64,000 nt of DNA, from positions 69,318,001 through 69,382,000 of the forward strand of contig NW_024704743.1 of NCBI RefSeq assembly GCF_018977255.1, given 5' to 3'. The stretch is from Callorhinchus milii. Its lineage: Eukaryota. Of the stretch, positions 1 through 12,983 are shown piece by piece. Both the position numbers and the translations under genes were made by a program. Below the pieces are notes generated by a model. The model did no database searches. It was not told the DNA's origin and saw only the letters and a list, made by a program, of their open reading frames with translations. Numbering within the stretch: the first letter of the stretch is position 1; each line of letters begins with the position of its first letter.

Positions 1-134
1 GCGGGTTTGTGGCGGATTTCGCGGGGCAAGTGCCGCCCACCCTTTTCTATTCACCCAGACCATGAGTAAGTTTGGATGTGCAACACAAAATGTTCAAATG
101 ATATTTTATTCGGTACATGTTATGATTAGATAAC

Positions 135-1477
135 ATGTTATGGGATTCCTGGAAGACCATAACAAGATTAGGCAGAGTCAACATGGCTTTACAAAAGGGA
201 AGTCATGCTTAACTAATCTTTCAGAGTTTTTTGAAGATGTATCTAGCAGGTTAGATAGGGGGGAACCAGTAGATGTAGCATATTTAGATTTTAAAAAGGC
301 ATTTGACAAAGTGCCAGACAAAAGGCTATTGCACAAGGTTAAGGCCCACGGGATTAATGGGAACATATTAGCATGGATTGAAGAGTGGCTAACGGGTAGA
401 AAACAGAGAGTAGGGATAAACGGGTCATTCTCGAATTGGCAGGATGTGACTAGTGGAGTGCCACAAGGATCAGTGCTTGGGCCTCAGCTATTTACAATTT
501 ACATCAATGATCTAGACGAGGACATTGAATGTAACGTATCTAAATTCGCGGATGACACTAAACTAGGTGGGAGAGTAAGCTCTGAGGATGATGCAAAAAG
601 ATTGCAACGGGATATAGATAGGCCAGGGGAGTGGGCGAGTAGGTGGCAGATGGAATTTAATATGGGGAAGTGTGAAGTTATTCACCTACGTAGAAAAAAT
701 AGAAAAACAGATTATTTTCTAGAGGGGGAGAGATTAGATAGGGTTAGAGTGCAGAGGGATTTGGGTGTCCTTGTACACCAGTCTCAAAAAGTTAGTTTGC
801 AGGTGCAGCAAGCAACTAAGAAGGCGAACGGCGTGTTAGCGTTCATTGCAAAAGGTTTAGAGTACAAGAGTAGGGAAGTCTTGCTGCAACTGTATAGGGC
901 CTTGGTGAGACCGCACCTAGAGTATTGTGTGCAGTTTTGGTCTCCTTATTTAAAAAAGGACATACTTGCCCTAGAGGGGGTGCAGCGTAGATTCACTCGG
1001 TTAGTTCCTGGGATGAGGGGACTGACCTATGAGGATAGGCTGAATAAACTAGGGCTATATTCTCTAGAGTACAGAAGAATTAGGGGAGATCTTATTGAAA
1101 CATATAAGATTCTTAAAGGGCTGATAAAGTAGACACTGAGGGTCTGTTTCCCCTGGTAGGAGAATCTATAACCAGGGGTCAGTCTTAAAATTAAGGGTCA
1201 GCCTTTTACAACAGAGTTGAGGAAACATTTCTTCACTCAGAGAGTAATGAATTTATGGAATTCACTCCCCCAGAAGGCTGTAGATCCTCAGTCCGTGAAC
1301 ATCTTCAAGGCTGAGACTGATAGATTTTATAAAAAACAGAGGGATTAGGGGATATGGGGATAGGGCAGGTAATTAGAGTTAGGTCTGAAGATCAGCCATG
1401 ATCTTATCGAATGGCGGGGCAGGTTCGAGGGGCCGAATGACCTACTCCTGCTCCTAATTCTTATGTTCTTATGTTCC
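135..1477 (+). mobile_element. 5'-truncated CR1-clade LINE (ORF2 RT C-terminal part plus 3'UTR), antisense to host gene
   Basis: ORF 140..1132 has CR1 RT motifs (QHGF..GKSCLTNL, YLDFKKAFDKV, GVPQGSVLGP.LF.IYINDL, SKFADDTKL, RPHLEYCVQFWSP); ORF2 C-terminus continues across frameshifts (FFTQRVMNLWNSLPQ); ends in cttatgttcttatgttc tail. Confidence 0.95.
140..1330 (+). pseudogene. Disrupted CR1 ORF2 reverse transcriptase fragment
   Basis: No endonuclease domain (5' truncated); a frameshift near 1122 creates TAG at 1130-1132; a second frameshift near 1180. Confidence 0.85.
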
Positions 1478-1482
1478 AGATG

Positions 1483-1591
1483 TAATAATAATAATCCTTG
1501 CATTTGATATAGCACCTTATGTCTTCGAGACGTCTCAAAGCGCCTCACAGAATATACTGTAAAGTTAATTGATTATATTTTGTGGGTGAAA
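1483..1591 (-). mobile_element. SINE family Y tail abutting the CR1 3' end
   Basis: taataataatccttgcatttgatatagc...cacagaatatactgtaaag. Confidence 0.85.
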
Positions 1592-2278
1592 TTAATGTAA
1601 AGATTCATATAAATAGTCATTGTGCTTTCAGCATAAAATACCTTTAGGACTTTATTTCAAAGTAAATAAGTAATTGATGTACAAACATAATTTACTGCCA
1701 TGTGCTTCAAATTTGTCAATGCAAATGTTGGTTAGACACTTAATAGCTACCAAGTGACAACACTGCATTGCAGTAGAATACAGATTTTTTTAAAATTTGG
1801 CCCTTCTGATATTTCCTTCTGTAGCTAAAGCATTTGAAATCTGAGCACCTGCCATCACCCTCCACACACACACAGGTTTTTTTTCAATCTGTATAAAATG
1901 AATACGATAAACTTCAATTTATTTACCTAAACATGTGTTTATGTTTCCTTTACAAATAATTGGAGATCTTGCTTAAATAAGCTAAAACAGGTGGAAGAAG
2001 GATCTCAACAACAAAGCCTTCTTCCCTCGAGTATGTCATAATATTGAGATTACTGATAGATCAAAGTTGTTTCCCCTCCTACCATACTGTATATTCATAA
2101 GCATAGCTGTAAACACTGCAGATGGTAGTTATGGTAGTCACAAGAAATACACAAAATACATGATGACACTTTAACCAAAAGAACCACTTTCAACTACTGA
2201 AACAGTTTCACGACTAGCTTAACCCTTATTAAAATTTTAGATTTTTTTAAAATTAGCAGAAATAAAACAAACACTTAC

Positions 2279-2390
2279 AAGTTCAAGACATAAACGATGT
2301 CCATAGGCAGCTGCATAATGCACTGCATTATAGCCCTGTTTATCGCGAATCCCAGGATTTGCATCATTTCGGAGGAGATACTCCAGGCAC
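2279..2390 (-). CDS. ANKRD28: ANKRD28 exon, last in window (112 nt, [38 protein letters not shown])
   Basis: CAACAG acceptor, GTAAGT donor; phase 2-0; the gene continues left of position 1. Confidence 0.96.
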
Positions 2391-5300
2391 CTGTTGATAA
2401 TTAAGAACATTTATTGAATATTACCATCATAATTGATATGGAAATAGAGAACTGTCATTTTTTAACCGAATATTTGGTAGCATGAACAAAATACAAGTCA
2501 TATACCTGAGCAATCACACTGCCAATGATCTGGAGTCTGAAACCTAAACTATTAAAAGTTTCTGGAGTCAATCGTGGTAATGACAGAATGAACTATTCTT
2601 TTTCAATGCTTTCAAATGCCATCCACACATGCTAATTCATAGTAACCTGCAGTTAAGCCGCAAAAATTTAATTCTTTACACTGACTTTTTCTAAAGTACG
2701 AAAGCGTACATCCACATGCTTGATGGTACATTATGCAATATTTATAAAATTGGTAGCCCAGACCTGAAAACTAACACAACCTGAATACTTTTAACACTCC
2801 ATGTGTAAGGTGGTATACATACGTGGAACTCTGTCTGCTGACTAGTTTCCATCCATTTGACTATAAAAAAATGATCAATCTCGGAATGAACTTGATTACC
2901 AGAGCAATGTGTCATGGTTAAATGCCCTCTATGTACTTAACTGTGTGAATTACCAAACCTTCAATTTAAATAAAATATTCTCATCCATCGTGAACTGTAG
3001 CATTACAGAAACTGTTTTTGATTGCTACGGTTTCAATAATAACTTACAAATTAGGTATCCTAGAAGGTGTGAACCCACAGGTTGTTATTAATGGATAGCC
3101 CTAGAACATTCAACCATATCCTCAAAATACCACTTTACAGAGACTTGAATCAGCAGATTAGGTCAAAACAGGGTTCTATCAGACAGTAGATTTAAATCTT
3201 TTGGAAAGATGATGCCATGTGTTTGTTTGGGTGATACACTACTAACACTTAACTAGGTCCACAGTGCCGAATTGTATACCTGTCCACCACCCACTCATAC
3301 ACAGGAAATCCTTCTCCTGGAAGTCTGCCATCAACAGCATGTCTTGATTTCATACCATGTTCACGTTTCCTACACATGCTGCTTCTGATCATCCCACACT
3401 GCTAGTTTACAATCGACTATGTTGAAGATTTATTGCAGATTTTGTAGCAATGAAACGTAAGCATAAAAACTGTCCTGTTAACATCAGAAATTTACATTCA
3501 CTAATTTTCAAGTTGTCAAATTTGCAAGCTTTTCAAATGGAACAAAGCCATCAAGGTCTTGCTGTGAACTAGCTCTTACAGGTTCATTCAGGCTATGACA
3601 TTTAGCAACAGCTTTGTGAGGTGTTATGAGATATTAATTCAAGTCCCCATGGTAAAAAAATCTGTTAGCATTTAAGTGGCACATTTAACTGCAGACTACC
3701 AGAATAGTAAAAAAAACTACACGAAAAAAAAAGTCTGCACTATCGTGAGCACTTTCAATGAATCATTGGATAAATGTGGACCATTATTGTGTTACTGTCC
3801 ATAGAAATTAGTGATGAAGGCAGCACAATAAGTCTAAGTACCACAACCCAATGATGCAAAGAAAACATTAACTCGGACCATGTGCTCTCCTATACCGGGT
3901 TCTGCAAGCACATTATCCTCACCTTTGCCTGGCTTCACTTGCTCCTTGACCCTCAGCAGATCAACTTCAACATCCTCATCCTTGCCTCCAAGGCTAGTGC
4001 TCGGCAGAATTTGGGGTGCATATGCTCAGATGTAATAGCTCTAGAGGCCTTGTCCCAGCCCATCTCTAATCTCCTCCTTAACGGGTGCCTCAAGGGTAGC
4101 TTCTATAATGTTTTCATTACCAGCCTTTAGAGCTCCATATTATCCAAATTTCTACAGCCCCGACTTCCAAATTCTTTTATGGTCTTGTCTCACTCTACTT
4201 ATGTAATGTCCTCCAACCATATTTTGCTGCCTTTACTTGGCGGTTCTTCCATTCTGGACTACTGCTGGTTCCTCACTCCCTTGGTCCCATCAGCCACTGC
4301 AGCCTGACCAATTGTTTTTATAAAAAGCCATAAAATCAAACAGTAAATAAGGTTACGATCTCAGCTCAGTGTTTTGATCCAATTTTTCATTGATCTTTAA
4401 AACCCTTACAGCAAAGTTGAAACCATCTGAGAAAACTGTAACACTGAACAACTAGTTCTACAGAGGGTCAGAAGGCTCCAGCGCCGCATCATGTACTTCT
4501 CAAATGACAGATTATCCAGTACAGCACTTCAGTGTGTTCAGTGCCTTGGGATGTCCTCGCGACTTGAATGTGCTACACAACTGTAACTTGTTGTTGCTTT
4601 TGTTAGTGTTCACAGCTATAATCCTTGTATTTGATTATCCAAATGCTTTAGCAAACACAGGCATGGTAGCTCTAGGAGTTATTTTATACTTTTTCCAGTA
4701 CTTCATACTTTGCTGAACAAGCTTAGATACAAATGAATTAATTTTAAAAAACATTTAGTAACATTCCATTGAAAAAAGTAATTTTAATTTTCTCTTCTCT
4801 CTTGCATGTTGCAACTCATAGTGAATACAGCTTCACATGAGCCAGAAACCCTTTGGAGGCTCACTCAGGTGGCCATGCTTGATAAATGAGCAGTGATGGG
4901 AGGCATCAGTTTTGTTCAATCCTGTCCTCTCCTAAAATACAAACACACTTTCCAGCAAGGGTCATTGAACAGCTATCAAGAGCAAGAAACTTGCCTAATA
5001 TTTCATCTCCCTAAACTGGGAAAGCTGAAACTGATCGAAGTACAAAATTCACTACCCATGAAAATGAATTAGTTTTAGCACATTGTAGATTAACGGATCC
5101 AGAGTTATATTAATGAACTGGTGCCTTGACGTAAATAGCAGCTCAACAAGCAGCTTTCTGAACCTCAGTTAGACAAAATCCATGTGTACAAAACCAATTG
5201 TACAATTCATTTTGGAATTCATTTGAGAAAAGGGTGGATAAATTTACATTATAACTGATTGATAAGGATTGTTAACTTACTTATTAGTTTATCTAAATTA

Positions 5301-7103
5301 GATAAACCACTTTTATAGTTAGCATGACCATGTACAGGATTATGACAATACATGCTACCTTTACAACTGATGAGGTGGTTTCCAATAGATTTAGCCATTT
5401 GCCTATGTACTGTCAGAAATCAGGGCTGCCATAGAGTTATTTGTTCAAAGTCCTTGGATTCCCTTTTAGATGCAAAACAGTGGCACTGAATGGACACATC
5501 TTTGATTCAGCCCAGGCGACCTTCAGTCTTTGCTTTTTTTTGACTAACTAGCTATAAGCCAAATGAAAACTACTTTAAAAAATTGTTCCCATTTCCAAAA
5601 AACAGTCAATCCATTTTACAATATATTCTGTGAAGCGCTTTGAAACATCTCAACGACTAAAAGTTGCTATATCAAATGCAAGGATTATTATTAACTTAAG
5701 ATGTACATCACTGAATGTTCCTAGAGACAGGACTCTACACATTGAGTCTAAGATAAAAGATACTATAAAACTACTAGAGATGATAATCTGGAATCTGAAA
5801 TAAAACCTTTAGATGAAAAGAAACCAACCATCTAGATTTCACTTCTTAATGCGCATTTACCTATTGTACAACTCAGTTTTAAGAAACGTCAGTTTTCTTT
5901 TTGTGATTATCAGCTTTATCATAAAATGTGCATAAATATATTTCAGCATCATGCATGCTGAAATATCTTGGCACAGCCTTTTTCAAAACAGGCAATGTTA
6001 GATTAAAAAATCACCTGGGTTTTCCGAAATCTAATGATGCATTTTGTAATGACTGAGTTGACAAATTAATTGTTCAGTTAAGTTCATACGAAGGAAAAGA
6101 TAGCCTCCACAAAGATAGCCTCCACAAATTGCTAGACTTAGTTCACAATATTTGTGCCACGATCTTCACAAAGCAACCATCAATTACAGGAAGCTAAATT
6201 AATCTGTTCCATGAACTACAGGAAACTGGAAGAAATTACTATATGAGTAAACCTAACTTGGCACAACACATCAGACAGTTCTTAAACTTGGAAACTAACT
6301 TCCACGTCTGGGCAATTTTTAAATATTTTCAGGCTGACTAATCAGTGGACCTCGGTGTTACTTCTAAACTGCTTAAGGATGGCTGAGGTTTTCTACCAAA
6401 ATCTATTAACAGCAAATACTGAGTTACTGTAATTTCTCTCAAGAACACCTTAGTGCTTGAAAACAGCTAAAGGTTTAGTATAATTTTAGTATAAGAGTAA
6501 ACAATTTTGTTCAAAGGGAAAAGGACCATAAAAGTGATTTTGAAGAACAAAACCAAGAGCAGGTAGAAGGTTTCTCATAAATGGAATAAAATATTGAAAA
6601 CTATACAAAAATACAACTAAATTAGCATACATTCTACAAATCTATTTACTCTCATGGATTGTTGGTTATGTTACACGTCTGAAGTAACCATTTCCCTAGG
6701 TAAAGGCCCATCAAAATCAAGAGCAATAACACAACAAAGATGCAACTTCTAAATGTTTCTTAAAAATATTTTTTTTCTTAACACATGAGAAGACAGCTCT
6801 ATTTGATCTCAATGTTTCCCTTCAAAATATCCATTTCACAGCATATTGCTGATATTAACCAACTAAGAACTAACGTAAACTTAGAGGAACTTAAGGTAAT
6901 CAATATTCATATAAATCTTCAATTTATAATCTTACAATATATTACTTGCTTACTCAGTTACCCTAAATGTGTAGAAGCTGGTAATATCTTTAAAGCAATG
7001 AAGCAATCCAGTTTTAGGAGCTCAGTATACAAAAATGAAGTTGTGCAATAGTGCCCGCAGTCAACCAGTTTTGTACATTTGCAACCCATGCTGCTTGACT
7101 TAC

Positions 7104-7244
7104 TTTCCGTCTGTGTCTGATGCTGCTGCATAGTGAAGTGGTGTGCAACCTCTTTCATCAAGGTCATTTACACTGGCTCCAGATCCCACAAGAGCAAACA
7201 GGCACTGGTAGTTGCAATTGGCAGCAGCATAATGCAGTGGGGTT
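7104..7244 (-). CDS. ANKRD28: ANKRD28 exon (141 nt, [48 protein letters not shown])
   Basis: TTTCAG acceptor, GTAAGT donor; phase 2-2; [25 protein letters not shown] matches ANKRD28 rather than ANKRD44/52 as recalled. Confidence 0.97.
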
Positions 7245-9749
7245 CTGAAAGGGTAAGAAAAAGTCAAGTAGATTTTTTTTAATGCAATATTGCTGTGCAG
7301 GATGTGTAAAAATTAAAAAAACATTGCAAATGATTTTTTTAAACCAGTAATAAAGCACCAGTATTTGTATTAGTACTTTAACATATTGCTAGTAATCTCA
7401 ATAATAAAGTGGCTCCTGGATCACATGCTTGACAACAAAACTTCACAAATGAGTCAATGCCCTGCGGGGGTCTGAGTCAGTTTGTGAGCCAAGAGGATCT
7501 GATGACAAACCAGCCAGCCTGGCTTGTCCCCAAGATTTGGAGGGGCAGACCAGTCACTGGTAGGGTAGCCCTAGCTGGACAAGCAGCAGGAAGCTTGCCA
7601 GACAGTATTCTCAATGGCAAGCTATGTGGTTTTAACTGATTAAGCTCCAACAGTACTACAAAGCATACTCTGGGATCCTGAAGTCCTGGCTCTGATCCAC
7701 CTGTTCTTTCAGAAGAGTTTATGCATTACATTCCAGATACAATGACATTTCTATGCGTTGCTGATATACATATATACATATATTGGATAAGCCGGATGCA
7801 TCGAGGGCGGAATTTTGTCCGACTGAAGAGGTGTCCGAGGTTAACCGAAATACGATTCCCGCCCAGCAGAGGAGCTGCGGTGGGGCCATACAATATGTAA
7901 TAATGTTGTTTCACTTCAAGCAATGTGAACTCACCAGTTAAAGTTAAATTCAGTAAAATATATTTATCTTTGTTTGGGTGCAGGTATAGTCCGGCACTTT
8001 GCCGCCCAATAGAGGATCTTCCTCCTCCCATTGCCGTTCCCATTAGACGGGAAAGGGGACAATCAGCAGCGGGGCTGAGGTGAGTGAAAACCTGCATTCG
8101 CTTGTGAATGTTTGGGCTCCAGCCATTCACAAGCGGCTCCACTGTCAACCAATCCCGATTTCCCACCCTTGTTCTTTCCCATTCCTTCGCCCCCTCACTG
8201 CTTGACAGCCCAACTCCAACTGCTTCAGAATGGCTGGAGTCTATTGTCAATCACAATCTGACTCCTCCCATCTACATGCCGGAGTCTCTCGTGGCGGTCT
8301 CAGCCGGCCCGAGTGCGCACATTCAGTGGCGACCAGTGCGGCATTTTGCCTGGAGAAACTGGATTTTCGTCTGAATCAACTAGCATATTTACAACAGGTA
8401 AGAATCGAAATGAATCGTGGCTGGGAGTTTTATTCAATTTACTCGACCCCCGGGGTTAACCGCCGTCCGTCAAAAGCGTACTCCACTTGTACATTAGAAC
8501 TCTGTCTGGTCTGGATACTGTTAAACCTGGTGATCGGTTTCCCCACGGGTCAGACAACTTAAAAAAGTTTTAAATTAGTTCTCAATAAATTTCTGAAAAA
8601 AAGCAATGACACAAAATAACTTTCTTTCTACCCTCTTAATTTAATTTTTACTTCATCCTTTGAAGATGCTAATTCATGCTGGGATATTGCTGCATATTGC
8701 CTTCAGCTCTTATATGCTCTACCCTTGCCTAAATGTAGACAGAGTCTGGACAATAAGACTTAACAACTATTCAATTTATGAAGCCCATCAAAGATCTATC
8801 TTGGGACTTCCTCCTGATGCGAAAAGCGCTATACAAATATAATTTTGTTGTTTTTGTTATCTAATCATTTTGTCTGGAAATTGAGCCTTTTCAATTCCCA
8901 TGCAGACAAGTGCTGTATCTTCCAGAATACACAATGGTTGTGAACTTGAGAGTTACCCATTACAGTAGAATGCCTTTTGTTCACTTATCTGCATTGCACT
9001 CGCACATAGAAGGGAAGGAACCATCACTAAAATAATTCAGTTGTACAAATATGCACAAGGTCACTTGGAACACAATTCAGCCACCCACACAAATGTGAAC
9101 AGACAAGAGTTCATTTAGCAATCTACAGGGCTGAAGATGGGGGAGCCAGACAAAGAAAAAGTCAGAGGGATAGAAGGTTAGAGAGTCAGAAAGTGTGTGA
9201 GACAATGACAGAGAGAAAAGGGCTGGCACAATATAGTAGTAATAGTGAGTCTCCTGATTGAAGAAGGTTTTGGCTTATACTATAGTTAATTGTGACAATC
9301 AGTTCTGCACCATCTCCTTATTCACAATGAGACCGGTGACAATTAGTGCAGATAATCAGCTAACATAATATCATCAAATGCAGAACTCTTCTTTGAGGAT
9401 TTCTTCTGCTGGTAATGGTCAGCAAAGAGAATCCATGTCATTTTTACAAAGAAAATTACCTTAGTAATAGAGTTTTAGGCAGGAGTAGATATTTGGTTTG
9501 AGGTACTGAGACTATTTTCTCACTGCCTGAAAGACAAATAAAATCGAAAGCCAAGAAAAAGGCTCATGCTCAGCTGAGATCTTACACTGACTATAAAATC
9601 AAGCTCATGGGCACACTAATAACATCTAGACCAACTTTATCTTTGAGAGGCGTTTATAATGAGCTAAACAAAGTACAGATGGAAGTGAAAATGCAGTGCC
9701 TTAATAAAATCAGGATCCATGGACAGGCACAAAAGTACTCAATATAGGC

Positions 9750-10066
9750 CAGAGTGGTCCAACTGGTGGCCCCCGGGAATTATTTCATCCGGCCCGCAAA
9801 CTATTTCCAAATTAACGGTGCCACTCCCTCCCTCCCTGGTAAAACCGCCCTCTCGTTACAGCAACTCAATGCGCAAGGAGTGGAAATAATGCTGCCTGGT
9901 CCTGCAGTCTGTCAGGAAGTCCCTCTCAAGCTGAGGGTAAGGCAAACGGGTCTCCTTACCAACCGTGTCCTCCCAACCGCTGGCTACTGCAGCTGCCAGA
10001 TAGTGAGCCACACAGCACGGCCGGGAGAATGCTCATTCCTGTTGCCAGATAGTGAGCTGTGCAACT
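9750..10066 (+). mobile_element. Possible hAT-type non-autonomous DNA transposon end
   Basis: Begins cagagtggtccaactggtggcccccggg...ccggcccgc, resembling hAT/Charlie termini; no opposite TIR found. Confidence 0.35.
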
Positions 10067-10069
10067 GAT

Positions 10070-10249
10070 TGAGAAAGAGGGGGAGAGACAGAGAGTGATT
10101 TAGAGAGGGGGGGGGAGAACGCGATTGAGAGAAGGAGGGAGAGAGAGAGATGGGGGGGGGGAAAGAGAGTGTGAGAGGGGAAAGAGAGAGATTGTGAGAG
10201 AGAGGGAGTGAGACAGAGTGAGAGTGTGTGAGAGAGAGAGCGTGAGAGT
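10070..10249. repeat. (GA)/(G)-rich compound microsatellite
   Basis: Visible gagagag/ggggg/gagt runs. Confidence 0.9.
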
Positions 10250-10927
10250 CCTTAATCCACCCTTCCCATCCTACCTCTGCACCTTCCCAACCTGACAGTT
10301 TCATTTGCCAAGCAAACACCAGCTTGCTTCATGTCCCCCCAACCCATTGCTCCACCGTCGTCATTTTGCCCCCGTTCTCTGAAACTCCATTCCCAGAGTT
10401 CCTCCGAATCGCTCCCTCCCCTCTTTCAAGGCACGTCAAGACCCAATTCTTTTACCACACTTTTGGTCATTTTTCGTACACCTCAAATGGTCTGAAATTG
10501 GGGTTGCCAAAACACATATGTTGGAATCCCTTTAGAAATTATTGCAACTTGGAACGCAGTAATAGTTGATTTGCAGAAGAGCTGGGAATAGCAAAAAGAA
10601 AATTACAATTTGTAGAATAGTTTACATTTATATAGTGCCTTTCACATCTCAAGGCAAATCATGGTGCTGCATGGGCACCTAAGTAGGGGGTGGGAACTGA
10701 GAGGAGTGTGAAGTGGAAAGATGAGCGAAAGCATGGTCGATGTAGGTTTTGAGAAGCGTCTTGAAAGAGGGGAGGGAGCAAATCGGAGAGACTCTGGGAT
10801 GGAATTCCAAGGGGGGACAGGAAAACAATAAAGCACACAACTTTATTCTACGTATTTTTCTTAGCATTCAACAGGAACAGCTGTCAACTTTAGCTGTGCA
10901 TACACTAAAAATTAAGATAGTTCTTAC

Positions 10928-10996
10928 CTTCCAAACGTATCCTTTTTGTTGAAATCAGCTCCACTGTTAAGCAACAGATTTAGGCATTCCAAATTT
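10928..10996 (-). CDS. ANKRD28: ANKRD28 exon (69 nt, G-NLECLNLLLNSGADFNKKDTFG-R)
   Basis: TTCCAG acceptor, AG|GTAAGA donor; phase 2-2. Confidence 0.96.
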
Positions 10997-11039
10997 CTGG
11001 AACATAAACACAAGGTATTTGACAAACTAACACAACAGC

Positions 11040-11430
11040 AATCCTTGCATTTGATATGGAGTCTTACCACAGTATCGGGATTTCTCAAAGCCCTGCACAG
11101 AATCTACTGTAATATGTAGTCAATGTATTTTGTTGGCAAAGTGCGACAGCCAATTTGCACACAGCAATAACCTACAAACAGCCATGAAGTGAATGATCAA
11201 TTTTATTGGGGGATTGTTGGTCAGGACAACAGGAAAAACTCCCTTCTCTTTTCGAACACGGTGCCATAGGATCTTTAATGTTTTATCTGAAAGGGGCACT
11301 TCTGACACTGCAGTACACCCCCAGTGCTGTATTGGATCATCAACTTAGGACTACAGGAGTTCCAAATTCTGACAAGGATCTCAAACCCACAACCTTGTGA
11401 TTCAGAGTCGAGTGCTACCAACCCAGCTCG
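11040..11430 (-). mobile_element. SINE family O
   Basis: Reverse complement of the family O head, Deu domain and tail. Confidence 0.7.
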
Positions 11431-11457
11431 GCTTTCACCAAGACCAAGGAGTGTAAC

Positions 11458-11800
11458 CTGGCTCATTTGCTAGCACTCTTGCCTCTGAATCATAAGGCTG
11501 TGAGTTCAAGGGCCACATTGGAGTTTCAAATTCACATAGTCTAAGCTGACATTGCAAATGCAATGCTGGGGTTATGCTGCATAGTTGGAGGTACTGTACT
11601 TCAGATGAGACATTAAACCAAGCCTGCCTGTTCAGGTGGATGTTAAAGATCCCATGACACTATTCAAAAAGGGAAAGGAGTTTTGCATGGGAGGTCAACA
11701 ATCCTCCAAATAAAATTGGTCACTCACGTCATGGCTGTTTGTGGAACACTGCTGTGTGCAAATTGGCTGCCGTGTTCACCCACAAAGTCACTTCACAGCA
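11458..11800 (+). mobile_element. SINE family O
   Basis: tagcactcttgcctctgaatcataaggctgtgagttcaag head; cagatgagacattaaacc...gttcaggtggatgttaaagatccc Deu domain. Confidence 0.75.
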
Positions 11801-12919
11801 GTTGATGTCATACAGATCTGACAAGAATATACCCCCGTAAGTGGTTCTCCTATGAATAATAATTATTATAATATTCTGAAGTCAGTCTGGAGGCAAAAGC
11901 GCAAACATACTGCTGAGACTTTCACCACAGACTTTGTGACATCAATGCAATTGCATATTTACAGTTCATTTGCACACACCTATACCTGTCTTAGTGGCAA
12001 GATGTAATATCTTTTATTCCACATTATAATATAAATGTGTTGCACAGGAGGAGGCCATGTATCCCATCATGCTTGTGCTCTCTGAATAAGCTCCATTTAC
12101 CCCCATTCTCCTGCCTTTTCTCCAAAGAGAAACAATGTTTACACAATAGAATGTTGTTCTTATTGGGCAATTAATAATAATTGTGGTTAATAAGTAAAGT
12201 TAATTCCCACATCAATAAATGAAATAGAAATTCAGAAACTGTTGGATTAGAAATAGACATTTTCTTGCAGTTCAAAATTCCCCTACGGTTCAGGCTTTAA
12301 ATATATGTCTTCAAAATTTCAAATACAATTGGCAATAAGAAACAATTGCTAATCGGACCTCCAAAACATTTTTCATTCCACTCTAACCCCAAACTTGCAA
12401 ATCATCTTTACAAATTTGGAGGACATGGTCACAGTTAAACCAACAGTAACAAAAAACAATTTGGGGCATATATTTTAAATGTACTTCCAACATAATCACC
12501 GTTACTGGAAGTATACCTAAAATGTCTAGGCATAACAAAAAAAACGCAGATGTTGCTACAACAAAGTCAAAAGCATTTTGGTGCCAAACTGAGCTCTGTT
12601 ATGCCAGCAGATAAACCATTTAACTCAAACAAGGTGAAAAACAAAAAGGTAAGGGTTGCATAGCATGATGCTTTAACAAACTTTCCTAAACACATTAAGA
12701 AAAGGTCAGTGGTCATGCCTGCCTCACACGACTGCATCACTTCATTTCCATTCACTTTGTAATTAGCTCAACTCCTGTGCAGCTCATGGCATTTACTGCT
12801 TTCATGTTATTGACTAGATAGAACTGCGGCTCTGTGAATTAGGCATATCATTATGTCGACTGCAGCACAGTTGATGGCTCCGTGCTACATACTCAAAAAA
12901 GCACAAGGTCATTACTCAC

Positions 12920-12983
12920 CCTCCAGCAGCAGCCGCATGAAGGCAGGTCCTGCCAAATTCATCTGGGGTGTCTATATCAAAGC
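12920..12983 (-). CDS. ANKRD28: ANKRD28 exon (64 nt, [22 protein letters not shown])
   Basis: GTGCAG acceptor with weak pyrimidine tract, GTGAGT donor; phase 1-2. Confidence 0.95.

Noticed and set aside
6096..6125. 15-bp tandem duplication aaagatagcctccac x2
   Set aside because: Real but ordinary replication slippage; no sign of function.
7726..8562. Overlapping ORFs of 88-174 aa
   Set aside because: They arise from locally high GC in a probable repeat; no recognisable motifs.
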